This document shows positions 17,109 through 25,642 of a stretch of 26,902 bases of DNA, piece by piece. The stretch is from positions 1-26,902 of the IMG/VR virus record IMGVR_UViG_3300044801_000107; one strand, 5' to 3'. The DNA is from a virus (taxonomy: Duplodnaviria; Caudoviricetes). A program made the translations under genes and the position numbers. Every line of letters begins with the position of its first letter. Position 1 is the first letter of the stretch. The notes beneath the pieces are model-generated. The model was not told the DNA's origin and ran no database searches. It was given only the letters and a program-made list of their open reading frames with translations.

Positions 17109-17279
17109 CTCTAGTCGCGTATGAATAAACCGGCAAGCGTGAACAATAACGCTATAACCATTAGCGTAAGTGGTATGGCCCCGTTAAGACTATTCCCATA
17201 GAAAAGAGCGGCAGTGAATACCATTAGCCATAAAAAGATGTTAGCTAAGCCTACTGTAACTACACTCATTTTTTTCTCC

Positions 17280-17537
17280 TTAATGTATGAATCCCCAAGA
17301 GAGCGCGAGAGCGGTTAGAACAATCCAGATAATGACTACGCCTATGGTGCTTTGAATGTCTTTCTTAAGTGTTCGACCTTTAAAGTACTTAGGCCGATAA
17401 TCATGCGGGATTGCCTTACACCGTTTCTTAGCGCGCGCCCATAATCTTGCGCGTTCATGGTGTGGCTTTTTGTGCCAGTTTTTTCTATCTTCGGGGGCTA
17501 TAAACTCGTTTATTATATCCTTTTTATCTTCGCTCAT
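17280..17537 (-). CDS. Membrane-anchored hypothetical protein
   Basis: C-terminal TM segment. Confidence 0.65.
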   Translation of the reverse strand: MSEDKKDIINEFIAPEDRKNWHKKPHHERARLWARAKKRCKAIPHDYRPKYFKGRTLKKDIQSTIGVVIIWIVLTALALSWGFIH

Positions 17538-17797
17538 CGTTTACCTAACTTAATAACGAGTCGACCGTTTTGAATGTCATCGAGAATTTTATCCTTCTCA
17601 TCTTCGCCGAGTGCTGTGTTAATCATATAGTCCTCGACTCGCTCAACACGAGTGGCGAGTGCTTGCACGCTTTCGGTTATCTTTATAAGTTTATCCTGTG
17701 TGTCATTCACATCGAGCGCGGCTAGCTGGTCTATCGCTGGTTGAACGGGTGGCGCTACGCCTAACTTTTTTAATTGGTCGTCTACGTCTTGTGACAT
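17534..17797 (-). CDS. Hypothetical coiled-coil protein
   Basis: AGGAG RBS; coupled to neighbours. Confidence 0.7.
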   Translation of the reverse strand: MSQDVDDQLKKLGVAPPVQPAIDQLAALDVNDTQDKLIKITESVQALATRVERVEDYMINTALGEDEKDKILDDIQNGRLVIKLGKR

Positions 17798-18189
17798 TGT
17801 TTCTCCTTCTTAACGTAATAGTAACGAGAACCGCCACTGTAGTACCGTTCTCTCGTTAATTCCCAATTCTCGCGATGGTCGAGAAAGTCGTTTAAATCCT
17901 TTTTAAAGGTAACTAAATCAAAACTATTCTCGTCGTCACCGTCGTAGAAGGAGACGTTCTTATCGAGAAATTCTAGAATGTCCTCCCTCATGTGTTCCTT
18001 TGGTTTCTCGAAGTGCTGAATCACCGTATAAAGATTACCAATAACACGTGTTAATTTATCCCACGCGGGTCTATTTGATATGAACCTCTCCGGCGCGCTA
18101 TAGTCGCATACCATGTTTCGGTATTCGCTAATCGTCTCTCGAGCTTGTATGAGTCCGTCTAGTAGTGGTTGGTCTTCCTTAAGTAACAT
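17782..18189 (-). CDS. Hypothetical protein
   Basis: 135 aa; GAGGT RBS. Confidence 0.7.
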   Translation of the reverse strand: MLLKEDQPLLDGLIQARETISEYRNMVCDYSAPERFISNRPAWDKLTRVIGNLYTVIQHFEKPKEHMREDILEFLDKNVSFYDGDDENSFDLVTFKKDLNDFLDHRENWELTRERYYSGGSRYYYVKKEKQCHKT

Positions 18190-18394
18190 CTTTACCTCTC
18201 GGCGTTCCGCGCGAATACGTTATAATGTCTTCTATATACGCACGAGTGTATTTCTTACACGAATCCGGTGTTTTACTAATGTCGCAGTCATAAACGGCCG
18301 TTGCCGTAATAGTATAACCAGTTAAATCTACTTTTACGCTCCCGTCTTTCATTAAAAAATGGGCGCAGTCGTGACATTTAAGTTCTTCGTTCAT
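18179..18394 (-). CDS. Cys4 microprotein
   Basis: Likely start MNEELK; CHDCAHF...CDISKTPDSCKKY. Confidence 0.65.
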   Translation of the reverse strand: MNEELKCHDCAHFLMKDGSVKVDLTGYTITATAVYDCDISKTPDSCKKYTRAYIEDIITYSRGTPRGKDVT

Positions 18395-18681
18395 TTCTCG
18401 CCTTCTATTCGGCAATCCTTCTGTTCGCTTAGTTTAACGAACTTAACTACGTTACCTTCTTTATCGTAAAATTTCTTATCGCGCAGTTCGACCTCATCAG
18501 AGTATTTTTGTAACGCAGGAAGCCACACCCTTACCGGCGTCTTTGGCTTCTCTATCTCTTCGGGATAGTAACAGAATCCTATTACGTCGCAATGCACACA
18601 CGTCGCGCACGGCGTGGCGCTTTCTTTCGCTATACCGAGCGGACACGGCTTTTCTTCTCCATCGGGGAATTTAAATAGCAT
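18391..18681 (-). CDS. Cys-rich hypothetical protein
   Basis: CP...CATCVHC....C. Confidence 0.65.
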   Translation of the reverse strand: MLFKFPDGEEKPCPLGIAKESATPCATCVHCDVIGFCYYPEEIEKPKTPVRVWLPALQKYSDEVELRDKKFYDKEGNVVKFVKLSEQKDCRIEGEK

Positions 18682-18855
18682 TTTATGGTATGTTATGGTA
18701 TGCAGTTAGAACAAACGATAAACGGGTGTTTTATCCAGACCATTTGTTTACAGACTTTGCACTCTTTAAGTATGAAATAAATAACCTTATCGGCCGAGTC
18801 TATTTTAGGTAATTCTTTTATATCTTCTACCGCGCCTTCGGCAAAGAGGTTCCAC

Positions 18856-19206
18856 TTAATAGGAGTCATAGTTAAAATGCCAGCCGCCTTCGTCTATGTA
18901 GGCGTGACCGGTAGATATGGTGGTTGTATTCGAGCGCGATTTATCTTTCTCTTTCATATGCTCTTTAAGAACGCAGGCGTCGTAGTAGCGAATTATCCTC
19001 ATTATCTCACAGCCAAAAGCCTCTTTATCGTGATGTAACGAACAGCGCCACGCGTCTCGAATCTTCCCGTCTAGGTCGGGGGTTGCTCGTATATTACTAA
19101 AGCAGCACTCTACGCAAGCGTCATTCATAAAGGACGGTTTCTTATCGATTACCATGTCCTTACTACTATAGAGACTTCTAACTCCTATGTATTTCATTAT
19201 CGACAT
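18856..19206 (-). CDS. Cys-rich hypothetical protein
   Basis: CVECCF...C...C. Confidence 0.65.
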   Translation of the reverse strand: MSIMKYIGVRSLYSSKDMVIDKKPSFMNDACVECCFSNIRATPDLDGKIRDAWRCSLHHDKEAFGCEIMRIIRYYDACVLKEHMKEKDKSRSNTTTISTGHAYIDEGGWHFNYDSY

Positions 19207-19207
19207 A

Positions 19208-19411
19208 TTACTGATACATCACTAGTGGCGCGACCTCTTTAACTTCCGCTGGATTCGATAGGTAGCCCATTATAATTGCTAGGGTATCCATAACAACTTG
19301 TTTACCGTGTGCGTTCATATCGGCCGCCATTATCGCGCCGATGATTACTAATAGGTTCTGCTGTAGCACCGCGCGCATAGCAGCATCGTCTTTAGGCATA
19401 TCTTCCATCAT
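19208..19411 (-). CDS. Hypothetical protein
   Basis: Coupled ORF. Confidence 0.6.
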   Translation of the reverse strand: MMEDMPKDDAAMRAVLQQNLLVIIGAIMAADMNAHGKQVVMDTLAIIMGYLSNPAEVKEVAPLVMYQ

Positions 19412-19623
19412 CCTTTTTTTCCTTTATATTTAATACCAAACAATCTTTCTCTTAATGTGGATTTCTCGAGAAGCAAAGCTTTTAGTTCTCGCGTAAACCG
19501 ATTAGGCACCGTTAGCCACCAGCTCTCACAGGTTTTACAACTTACTACTACGATGGCGTTCCTAAACGCGCTCGTTACGTCTAAAGGACTTTGACAATAC
19601 GGACAGTTTATCTCGTTAGCCAT
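19408..19623 (-). CDS. Zn-ribbon protein
   Basis: CPYC...CKTC. Confidence 0.7.
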   Translation of the reverse strand: MANEINCPYCQSPLDVTSAFRNAIVVVSCKTCESWWLTVPNRFTRELKALLLEKSTLRERLFGIKYKGKKG

Positions 19624-19913
19624 TTTTTAAACCGCGTTAGCTTCGGTTCTGTTTTTAGGGTGTTAAGAAGAATATCTATTATTAATTGGTCGGTCTCGTG
19701 CTGTTGTTTACGTTCATCTATTTGACTAGTTAGTTTCTCAATCGTCTCTATGAGTATCTTTTTTGATTGCTCGTGCTCGAAAGCTTGTACGAATAATTCT
19801 TTTAACTCATTAAGCGACTCTACGACGCTTATAGACTGCGCCGATAGCGGTTCGGGCCTCTTCTCTTGGTTTACCTGCGGAACTTCGGCAGGTTCTTTAT
19901 GTTTTCTTGACAT
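19608..19913 (-). CDS. Coiled-coil hypothetical protein
   Basis: 101 aa ORF. Confidence 0.65.
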   Translation of the reverse strand: MSRKHKEPAEVPQVNQEKRPEPLSAQSISVVESLNELKELFVQAFEHEQSKKILIETIEKLTSQIDERKQQHETDQLIIDILLNTLKTEPKLTRFKKWLTR

Positions 19914-20098
19914 ATCCTAACGTCTTCGCCTCGTAATGCCTTTTCGGTAAGTTGTAAAAGCGCCTCTGCATATTTGCCATAGTTAAATCCTTTCGGTGCC
20001 TCAAAGCATACGGTTGATTCGTAGTACTTATCCTTTGAAAGGTTTCTAATGTGAATCGAGACGTTAACACCCTTATCGCCGACGACGCTATACCTCAT
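19871..20098 (-). CDS. Hypothetical protein
   Basis: ORF in dense run. Confidence 0.6.
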   Translation of the reverse strand: MRYSVVGDKGVNVSIHIRNLSKDKYYESTVCFEAPKGFNYGKYAEALLQLTEKALRGEDVRICQENIKNLPKFRR

Positions 20099-20099
20099 T

Positions 20100-20285
20100 T
20101 TAATACGGCCACGCGAATTTAATTTCGCCTATCTCGAGTTTACCATTTAAAACGTCATTGTGCATCTTCGAAACTCTTTTGCTTATCTCTTCCGCTATGA
20201 ACACCGGTTCGTTATCATAGGCTCTCGTAATGTAGGCGGCGGTATGTATTTCCATTTGTTGTGATACTACGGTACAGATTCCCAT
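20100..20285 (-). CDS. Hypothetical protein
   Basis: AGGAG RBS. Confidence 0.6.
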   Translation of the reverse strand: MGICTVVSQQMEIHTAAYITRAYDNEPVFIAEEISKRVSKMHNDVLNGKLEIGEIKFAWPY

Positions 20286-20504
20286 CTATTTCTCCTTCTT
20301 CTCTCGAAAGTGGATACAACTTCCGTATCTACTTCTAAGAAGCTTATAATCTTTAGGATACGGACATTCCTTTTTAACACAATCATCACAAAGCGTCATA
20401 TATCTATAAAACAGGAACACGCACCCTTATGCGGCTGGCGCTCGAGCCAACAAAGGTAATGTTCTCCGTGTAGTAAAAGGTTTTCATTATTAAACCTACA
20501 TAGC

Positions 20505-20765
20505 TTACACGGCTTCGGTGTTCTCTTCATTTATTCTCTGATTAGGCTTTACCTTAGGCTTTACCTTAGGCTTTACCTTAGACTTACCCTTAGTATCGTT
20601 TTTACGACTACTAACCTCAATTATGTTCTTACTTGTCTTAGTAAACGTCCACGTCTCAGCCTCCATCTCGAGTTCGTACGAGTGGCCTATGACCATTTTT
20701 TTACTTTTAAGAATGGCTAGGTCGTTAAGCGCGTAGACGATTGGTTGTTTGTAGTCGTTACTCAT
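20505..20765 (-). CDS. Hypothetical protein with VKPK repeats
   Basis: KVKPKVKPKVKP tail. Confidence 0.65.
   Translation of the reverse strand: MSNDYKQPIVYALNDLAILKSKKMVIGHSYELEMEAETWTFTKTSKNIIEVSSRKNDTKGKSKVKPKVKPKVKPNQRINEENTEAV
20542..20577. repeat. 12-bp tandem repeat x3 (coding)
   Basis: TTAGGCTTTACC x3, plus a degenerate fourth copy. Confidence 0.9.
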
Positions 20766-20871
20766 TTAGGTTCTCTCTTCGAATAGACAACACTCTTCAC
20801 ACGTGGCAATCTCTTCGCCGGTTTCGTCTCTACCGATGTTGCACGCGTCGTCGCTATCGTCTACCTCTTCT

Positions 20872-21042
20872 TCATTCTCTAAGCAAAATCCCATCGAATT
20901 CCTCTTCTAGTGTTTCATCGGTAAGGTCTGCACAAAGCACCCACGTATGTTCATAGTACCTATCGGGGAATACGTACCCTCTAATTAATGTATTAGGTAT
21001 TCGACCGGAGAACGTCGGCTTCTCGAGCCAAACCTCTTTCAT
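20872..21042 (-). CDS. Hypothetical protein
   Basis: Likely start MKEVWL after AGGAG with ATGA coupling. Confidence 0.6.
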   Translation of the reverse strand: MKEVWLEKPTFSGRIPNTLIRGYVFPDRYYEHTWVLCADLTDETLEEEFDGILLRE

Positions 21043-21239
21043 GCTTCTCCTTCTTTCTCTTCCTCGATATTTACACTTGTTAATTTCTCGCGCTCTACGA
21101 TTACCGTAGTAGTAAAATGCGCCGCGCATATCGGACACTCGGAAGCCGCCGCTATGGTTAGTCTTTGGTTATTTATAATATCGCCGTGGAAGAAAATCAT
21201 CTGCGTATTACAGTCGGGGCAGGTTATGGTTATTCTCAT
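21039..21239 (-). CDS. Zn-ribbon protein
   Basis: CPDC...CPIC. Confidence 0.7.
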   Translation of the reverse strand: MRITITCPDCNTQMIFFHGDIINNQRLTIAAASECPICAAHFTTTVIVEREKLTSVNIEEEKEGEA

Positions 21240-21332
21240 TTCATTTTCCTGTTACTATTATCGTATAATAAAGCGCAATTACTATGAGCGTCACTACGAC
21301 GGCCTCATAATACCGTAAAAAAGTTTCTAGTC

Positions 21333-21548
21333 TCATGACGCGGCGGCGCTTGCTAGTAAGAATATCGGGATGCCGATTATTATAGCGAAGATTAAGTACA
21401 CGAGATATAGAACAATACCGGCACCTATGAAGCCAAAGAATGTCGTTGGCGGGGTAAAGTGCGTCGTCGTAATCCAGAAGGCTATTACTATCGCGGGTAG
21501 GCTTATAAGAAAGTTAAGCGCCGTGCTTACTGATGTGCTTATGGTCAT
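21333..21548 (-). CDS. Small two-TM membrane protein
   Basis: Two long hydrophobic segments. Confidence 0.7.
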   Translation of the reverse strand: MTISTSVSTALNFLISLPAIVIAFWITTTHFTPPTTFFGFIGAGIVLYLVYLIFAIIIGIPIFLLASAAAS

Positions 21549-21705
21549 TTTAAAACCTTAGAATACTAACTTAGTTTCTTTAATAGGTACTTCTTTACCG
21601 ACGATAGCAATACTAAAATCGTCGAAGTCCTCGAAGACTTTATCTTCCGAGAGTTCTTTAAGCGTTTCTCGTAACCCGCCAATGTCGAGCTTCTTATGCG
21701 CTACT

Positions 21706-22104
21706 TTAATTTCTTTTACCATAATATCCTCTTATCCTATTTACGTTTAGTTTATACTTCGGTTCTTTAAGTCGGTCTTTATGTTCCCGTAAGCACTCTT
21801 CACGCTCGAGCCACGAGTGCGCGACACACGCAGGCGCGAAGAGCTTACAAGTAAGTGGCTTTACGTCGTTTATGCCGCAGCGTCCAGTTGTCCAGAAGAC
21901 GCACGCCGGACTAATCTTAAAACTTTCAATAAGCATATCACCGTTTTTAATGCTTTCGCGGTGTGCTTCTTTTCGCCACGGTTGAATGTAGTTCTCTCGA
22001 AACGCATCTATTGGGATTTCTAGATACTCGGCTATTCGCGTAGCTTCTCCCGCACGAAGCGGGATAACTGCATATGTCGCGCAACAGAGTCCCGAACAGT
22101 TCAT
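21706..22104 (-). CDS. YkgJ-like (CxxxCC) Zn/Fe-chelating protein
   Basis: MNCSGLCC...RIAEYL...CVFW...C.I...KP..CKLF; start placed at the ATGA overlap at 22104. Confidence 0.8.
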   Translation of the reverse strand: MNCSGLCCATYAVIPLRAGEATRIAEYLEIPIDAFRENYIQPWRKEAHRESIKNGDMLIESFKISPACVFWTTGRCGINDVKPLTCKLFAPACVAHSWLEREECLREHKDRLKEPKYKLNVNRIRGYYGKRN

Positions 22105-22246
22105 TGCGTACACCAACTAGACTTAGCATCGGAACGTAGAAACTCGCAGTTGATACACTTTTTGGGTATCGTACCTGCAACGTCCGCGAACTGAACTAAG
22201 ATATTATCTAACTTACAACGCACTTCTCTCATTGTTATATTTCCTT

Positions 22247-22447
22247 TTATAGTTTACTCGTCCCGAATGTTGCATCATACATTTGCCAGTAGAACGGGGA
22301 ATCAAAATATTCTCCTTCGGTGAGCTTATAGAACTGCTCTAATTTTTTAGAGAGAACCTGATTAATATTTTGTAGTTCGTGGTCGAGTTCTTTACTTCTA
22401 TCGAGAAGTTGACGAACGTTCATCTTTTCATAGTCTACCATTACCAC
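22247..22447 (-). CDS. Hypothetical protein
   Basis: Coupled ORF. Confidence 0.6.
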   Translation of the reverse strand: MVMVDYEKMNVRQLLDRSKELDHELQNINQVLSKKLEQFYKLTEGEYFDSPFYWQMYDATFGTSKL

Positions 22448-22641
22448 ACTTCGCCGTTTAGGTACTGTCTAATAAAGACTTTAGTCTTTATGTCGGGACC
22501 TGTGAGAATCCACCCCGCGTACCGCCGCTTTCGAAATGGCGCTCTATCTTTTCGTGCGCGCGGTAGTTTTGCTAATCGCGTGTTTTGCGAGTCGATGAGA
22601 TTAGCAAGTGCGACCCTACATTTTTCTATTTCGTCTACCAT
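22441..22641 (-). CDS. Hypothetical basic protein
   Basis: Overlaps the terminase-nuclease stop. Confidence 0.6.
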   Translation of the reverse strand: MVDEIEKCRVALANLIDSQNTRLAKLPRARKDRAPFRKRRYAGWILTGPDIKTKVFIRQYLNGEVW

Positions 22642-23390
22642 ATTCGTAACGGCCCCCGCCCCGCTTCACGTTCGCCGAACCAGACAGCTAACCCAAGTGC
22701 TTGTACGGCGTCGTCGTGATGTCCAGATGAGGCTTCGTATCTATCGTACCCCGTTTGTAGGATTTTCATCTGGAAGTTGTTAATCTCGCTTTCTAGGAGT
22801 CTCATTCCGGCGTCTCTACGGTCATCTTCTTCGGTATAATGAAACTTAACTCTTTTAGCTTCTAATACTTTCTTTAGAGTAGTCACCCACTCGCGTTTCG
22901 GAAGGCCGATTTTAAAGTCGTCGTGTATAGTCGACTCGTACCCACTAGTTATATGCACTTTATAAATATCCGCTTTAGGTAACGCTTCCTCCAATGAGTC
23001 GACGACGCCCCCCGCACCACCGGCGTCGACTACATACTTTATATCCACTGCGTTCTTACGGAGACGAAGCTGCTCGTCAAGTGACGCAACACTACTTATA
23101 ATCGTTGCGTAACTAGTTCCTAAGCGGACAGGAATTACGTTATGAACAAGATAAATGGGTTCTTCGTAGCTTACGGTCGGTTCGACGAGACATAAAACAG
23201 TTGCATCGACTTCTTTTCCGAGGTCTATGCCCACTATAACCGTTTTCTCCCTTCGCTGTTGCGCGTCCTTACGAGCTTTTAAGGTTGCTTCAGTCGGCAC
23301 CTCACGGTCCTTATATCTACCCTCCTGCAACGTCTCGTATTCCTCGTCGCTTATATGCTCTAGTCCCCAAATTGACGCTCTACGCGGCAC
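22635..23390 (-). CDS. Terminase large subunit C-terminal RNase H-like nuclease domain only
   Basis: IVGIDLGKEVDATV, VVDAGGAGG, K..V..L, E...F, SGHHDDAVQALGLA; no Walker A/B in its 251 aa. Confidence 0.85.
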   Translation of the reverse strand: MPRRASIWGLEHISDEEYETLQEGRYKDREVPTEATLKARKDAQQRREKTVIVGIDLGKEVDATVLCLVEPTVSYEEPIYLVHNVIPVRLGTSYATIISSVASLDEQLRLRKNAVDIKYVVDAGGAGGVVDSLEEALPKADIYKVHITSGYESTIHDDFKIGLPKREWVTTLKKVLEAKRVKFHYTEEDDRRDAGMRLLESEINNFQMKILQTGYDRYEASSGHHDDAVQALGLAVWFGEREAGRGPLRIW

Positions 23391-23703
23391 GTTTAACCTT
23401 TAGCTCTATATATAAAAGAGTTTCAATAATTAAAAGAGTTATCGCGAGGACGCCGCTTATGAAATATACGCCGATTCGTTTATGTATCTCATTCTTTACT
23501 ATCTCTTCTGGTACTTCGAGATTACAATCACAAGCACAATCATCGTTGTACCCCCCATATGAGTTCTCTCTAGATAACACATTTATCACTCCACGTCTTA
23601 TTATACTCTTTATGCTTACATAACGAACATAGCGTATGCGCTTCGAATATTCGTTTGTTTGCTCGAGCCATCTTCTTTTTCTTCGCGATAAATGTCTTAC
23701 CAC
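23380..23703 (-). CDS. Membrane-anchored hypothetical protein
   Basis: C-terminal TM segment. Confidence 0.6.
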   Translation of the reverse strand: MVRHLSRRKRRWLEQTNEYSKRIRYVRYVSIKSIIRRGVINVLSRENSYGGYNDDCACDCNLEVPEEIVKNEIHKRIGVYFISGVLAITLLIIETLLYIELKVKRAA

Positions 23704-23726
23704 AACTCACGCAGTGGGCCATTATA

Positions 23727-23939
23727 CTAGCCCCTACGTGCTGCGCGATAGTTTCGTTGATATTCTCGTTGATATTCTATATGTGCCGCATACCACGCTC
23801 GGGCTCTCGTGCGCGTTTGCGCTCTCACTTCGGGAAGTTTACGGTGCTCTTCGCTTATACACGTGCTACACTTTATTCGTAATTCACCAGCGGGGATTCG
23901 ACGAGCAATAAAGACCCTACCACAACTGCACGTTCGCAT
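23727..23939 (-). CDS. Zn-finger, Arg-rich protein
   Basis: CSCGRVF...CSTC; directly after a TATA box. Confidence 0.7.
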   Translation of the reverse strand: MRTCSCGRVFIARRIPAGELRIKCSTCISEEHRKLPEVRAQTRTRARAWYAAHIEYQREYQRNYRAARRG

Positions 23940-23963
23940 ACAATTTCTATAGGGAGGGATACG

Positions 23964-23977
23964 TTATATATGTTTCG
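23964..23977 (-). promoter_or_regulatory. Archaeal BRE-TATA promoter (leaderless transcript)
   Basis: CGAAACATATATAA ends 24 nt before the ATG at 23939. Confidence 0.7.
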
Positions 23978-24048
23978 TAATTAACATATGTTAAGTCCGT
24001 TTAACGCAGTTACTCATATTATGACATACTACGTTAAAAAAAGAAGAT

Positions 24049-24062
24049 GAGAGGTATATAAA
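24049..24062 (+). promoter_or_regulatory. Putative TATA promoter for the large ncRNA
   Basis: Purine-rich GAGAGG then TATATAAA, about 20 nt before the first hairpin. Confidence 0.5.
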
Positions 24063-24079
24063 CTAACTATTCCTTATAG

Positions 24080-25375
24080 ACTAAATTTTCGGAAAAATTA
24101 GCACCGCCTAGGAAACCGAATCGCCGTTTTGCTACGTTCGAATTTACTATGAAACCTTTTCTAGTGTGATGCGAATTCCAAAAAATTGACGCCGTTCCCG
24201 AAGGGCGTATTGCCTGTTTGCACCCCGGGGTTGGTGGTGATACTTCTTTTTTCCAGCAATATCGGTGTCTGTGGTCGCGCCCGACGGCTGGCTTCTCTGT
24301 TACCCGCGCCACGGAACCCCGCGCAGCCACCCCATCTAAGTGCTCGCGATACCGCAATTGCAGGCCACAACGGGCGAGGCGGGTCGACTTGCTTGATATT
24401 GTTGTGATACTAGAGTGGCCTTTGCTCACATATCTTCCCTAGCCCATCGAGACTCGCCTCTTCTATGCCATAACGAATGAATGGTGTGGCCTTCTTTGAA
24501 GGTAGAAGGAGAGGGCGGCCGTGTGGCCTTCGGCCTATGCCCTTACCCGACCCCTCAATCTACCCTACGACATTCTTTCCTCTAACCGACATACTAACCG
24601 TCTCGGAAGGTAAAAGGCCGCTAGCAGAAGGCCCCTCTCTATCTCTTAGCCCTTGTGTCTCACCTCGTCTCGTGATGACGAGAAGGAGAGTATGGCTATG
24701 TCTAATGTATGAGGCTTAGGGTGACCTACTGCCCCTCGCTCTTCTTCCTACCCATACCGCCCATTAATGCCACAGCAATGTCGAGTTGAACGGACGATAC
24801 CGGGTGGTTGGGTTATGGGTTGTCCAATTGTTGTCCGATTGTTGTCCGCCGCACGTTCTTCGCGTGAGTCGTGGTGCTGAAGATACCTTACCCTTCTTTT
24901 GTATCTCAACGGCCGATGCCACACGCACCGTTACCTACTATTCCTACATAGCGGGAAAAAAGAGTTAACGGAAGGTGCGGCAGTCTCGGATACTAAACAT
25001 TTCCCTTACTTCGTTTAGCCTACTTGTGGAATCTTCTCGTCGATGATTCGTGTTTTGTGTTAATATCTTACGCCATATCGATACTTAGCCTATGAGTAAA
25101 GAGTAGCCCCTAGCAACTACCTTATCCTTTCTTTTTTCGAATCAAAAGGAGTATTAGAGGCCGTTACCGAGTTAACGCACCACCCTATACGTTTAGGGTC
25201 TTAGAATGTGTGCCGAGTTGCTCGGGAGGTGACGAGATAGGTTTTTCAGTTTAGTAGGTCGCTGGAGACGCCTGAGCTATGTTTTTCTCGTGTTACTTCG
25301 CGTTGCTCTCTCTTAAACAAATAGCAACACAACGTTCTTTCGTTAAAATGATAGCCTTAGCAAGCGTTTCACATT
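24080..25375 (+). ncRNA. Candidate very large structured non-coding RNA of unknown family (boundaries approximate)
   Basis: No credible CDS; more than 20 hand-identified helices, many nested; G-U pairs consistently on the + strand; GUGA tetraloop at 24721-24724. Confidence 0.72.
24819..24848 (+). repeat. 11-nt tandem repeat (about 2.7 copies) inside the candidate RNA
   Basis: GTTGTCCAATT GTTGTCCGATT GTTGTCCG. Confidence 0.85.
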
Positions 25376-25491
25376 ATTTAAGAAAATACAGTTATTTTAT
25401 CGTTTTAAATAACAAATGTGTATTAAAAGTAAGATGATTTTCGTATATACAAAATGAATAGTGAGATTAATAAAAATAAGTTAGATTTTCT

Positions 25492-25602
25492 TTATATATG
25501 CTTATTTCTTTCTTCACGTTCATCTAGCCATAAGAAGATGAGATACATACCTAGTAAAGAGCCTATTAAGAAAGTTAGTGTTATTGCTACTTCGGGAGTC
25601 AT
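25492..25602 (-). CDS. 36-aa single-TM peptide
   Basis: Own translation MTPEVAITLTFLIGSLLGMYLIFLWLDEREERNKHI; GGAG RBS. Confidence 0.55.
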   Translation of the reverse strand: MTPEVAITLTFLIGSLLGMYLIFLWLDEREERNKHI

Positions 25603-25642
25603 TTATTCTACTCCCGCGCGAATTTTTTACGGTTGGGAGGTG

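Noticed and set aside
20542-20590. 12-bp tandem repeat as CRISPR or regulatory array
   Set aside because: No spacers; in frame and encodes VKPK repeats.
24067-24968. ORF-track entries inside the island (24067-24429, 24161-24370, 24186-24407, 24218-24442, 24477-24719, 24786-24968)
   Set aside because: They overlap each other on both strands, have R/P/S/G-biased translations, and lack RBS or coupling. They are better explained as chance frames in a GC-richer structured region.
24080-25375. Group I or group II intron, RNase P RNA, rRNA or tRNA identity for the island
   Set aside because: I could not find a group II domain V, group I R/S (P7) motifs, the RNase P GAGGAAAGUCC motif, rRNA signatures or cloverleaves, and no interrupted host gene is evident. 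By-eye exclusion only; needs cmscan.
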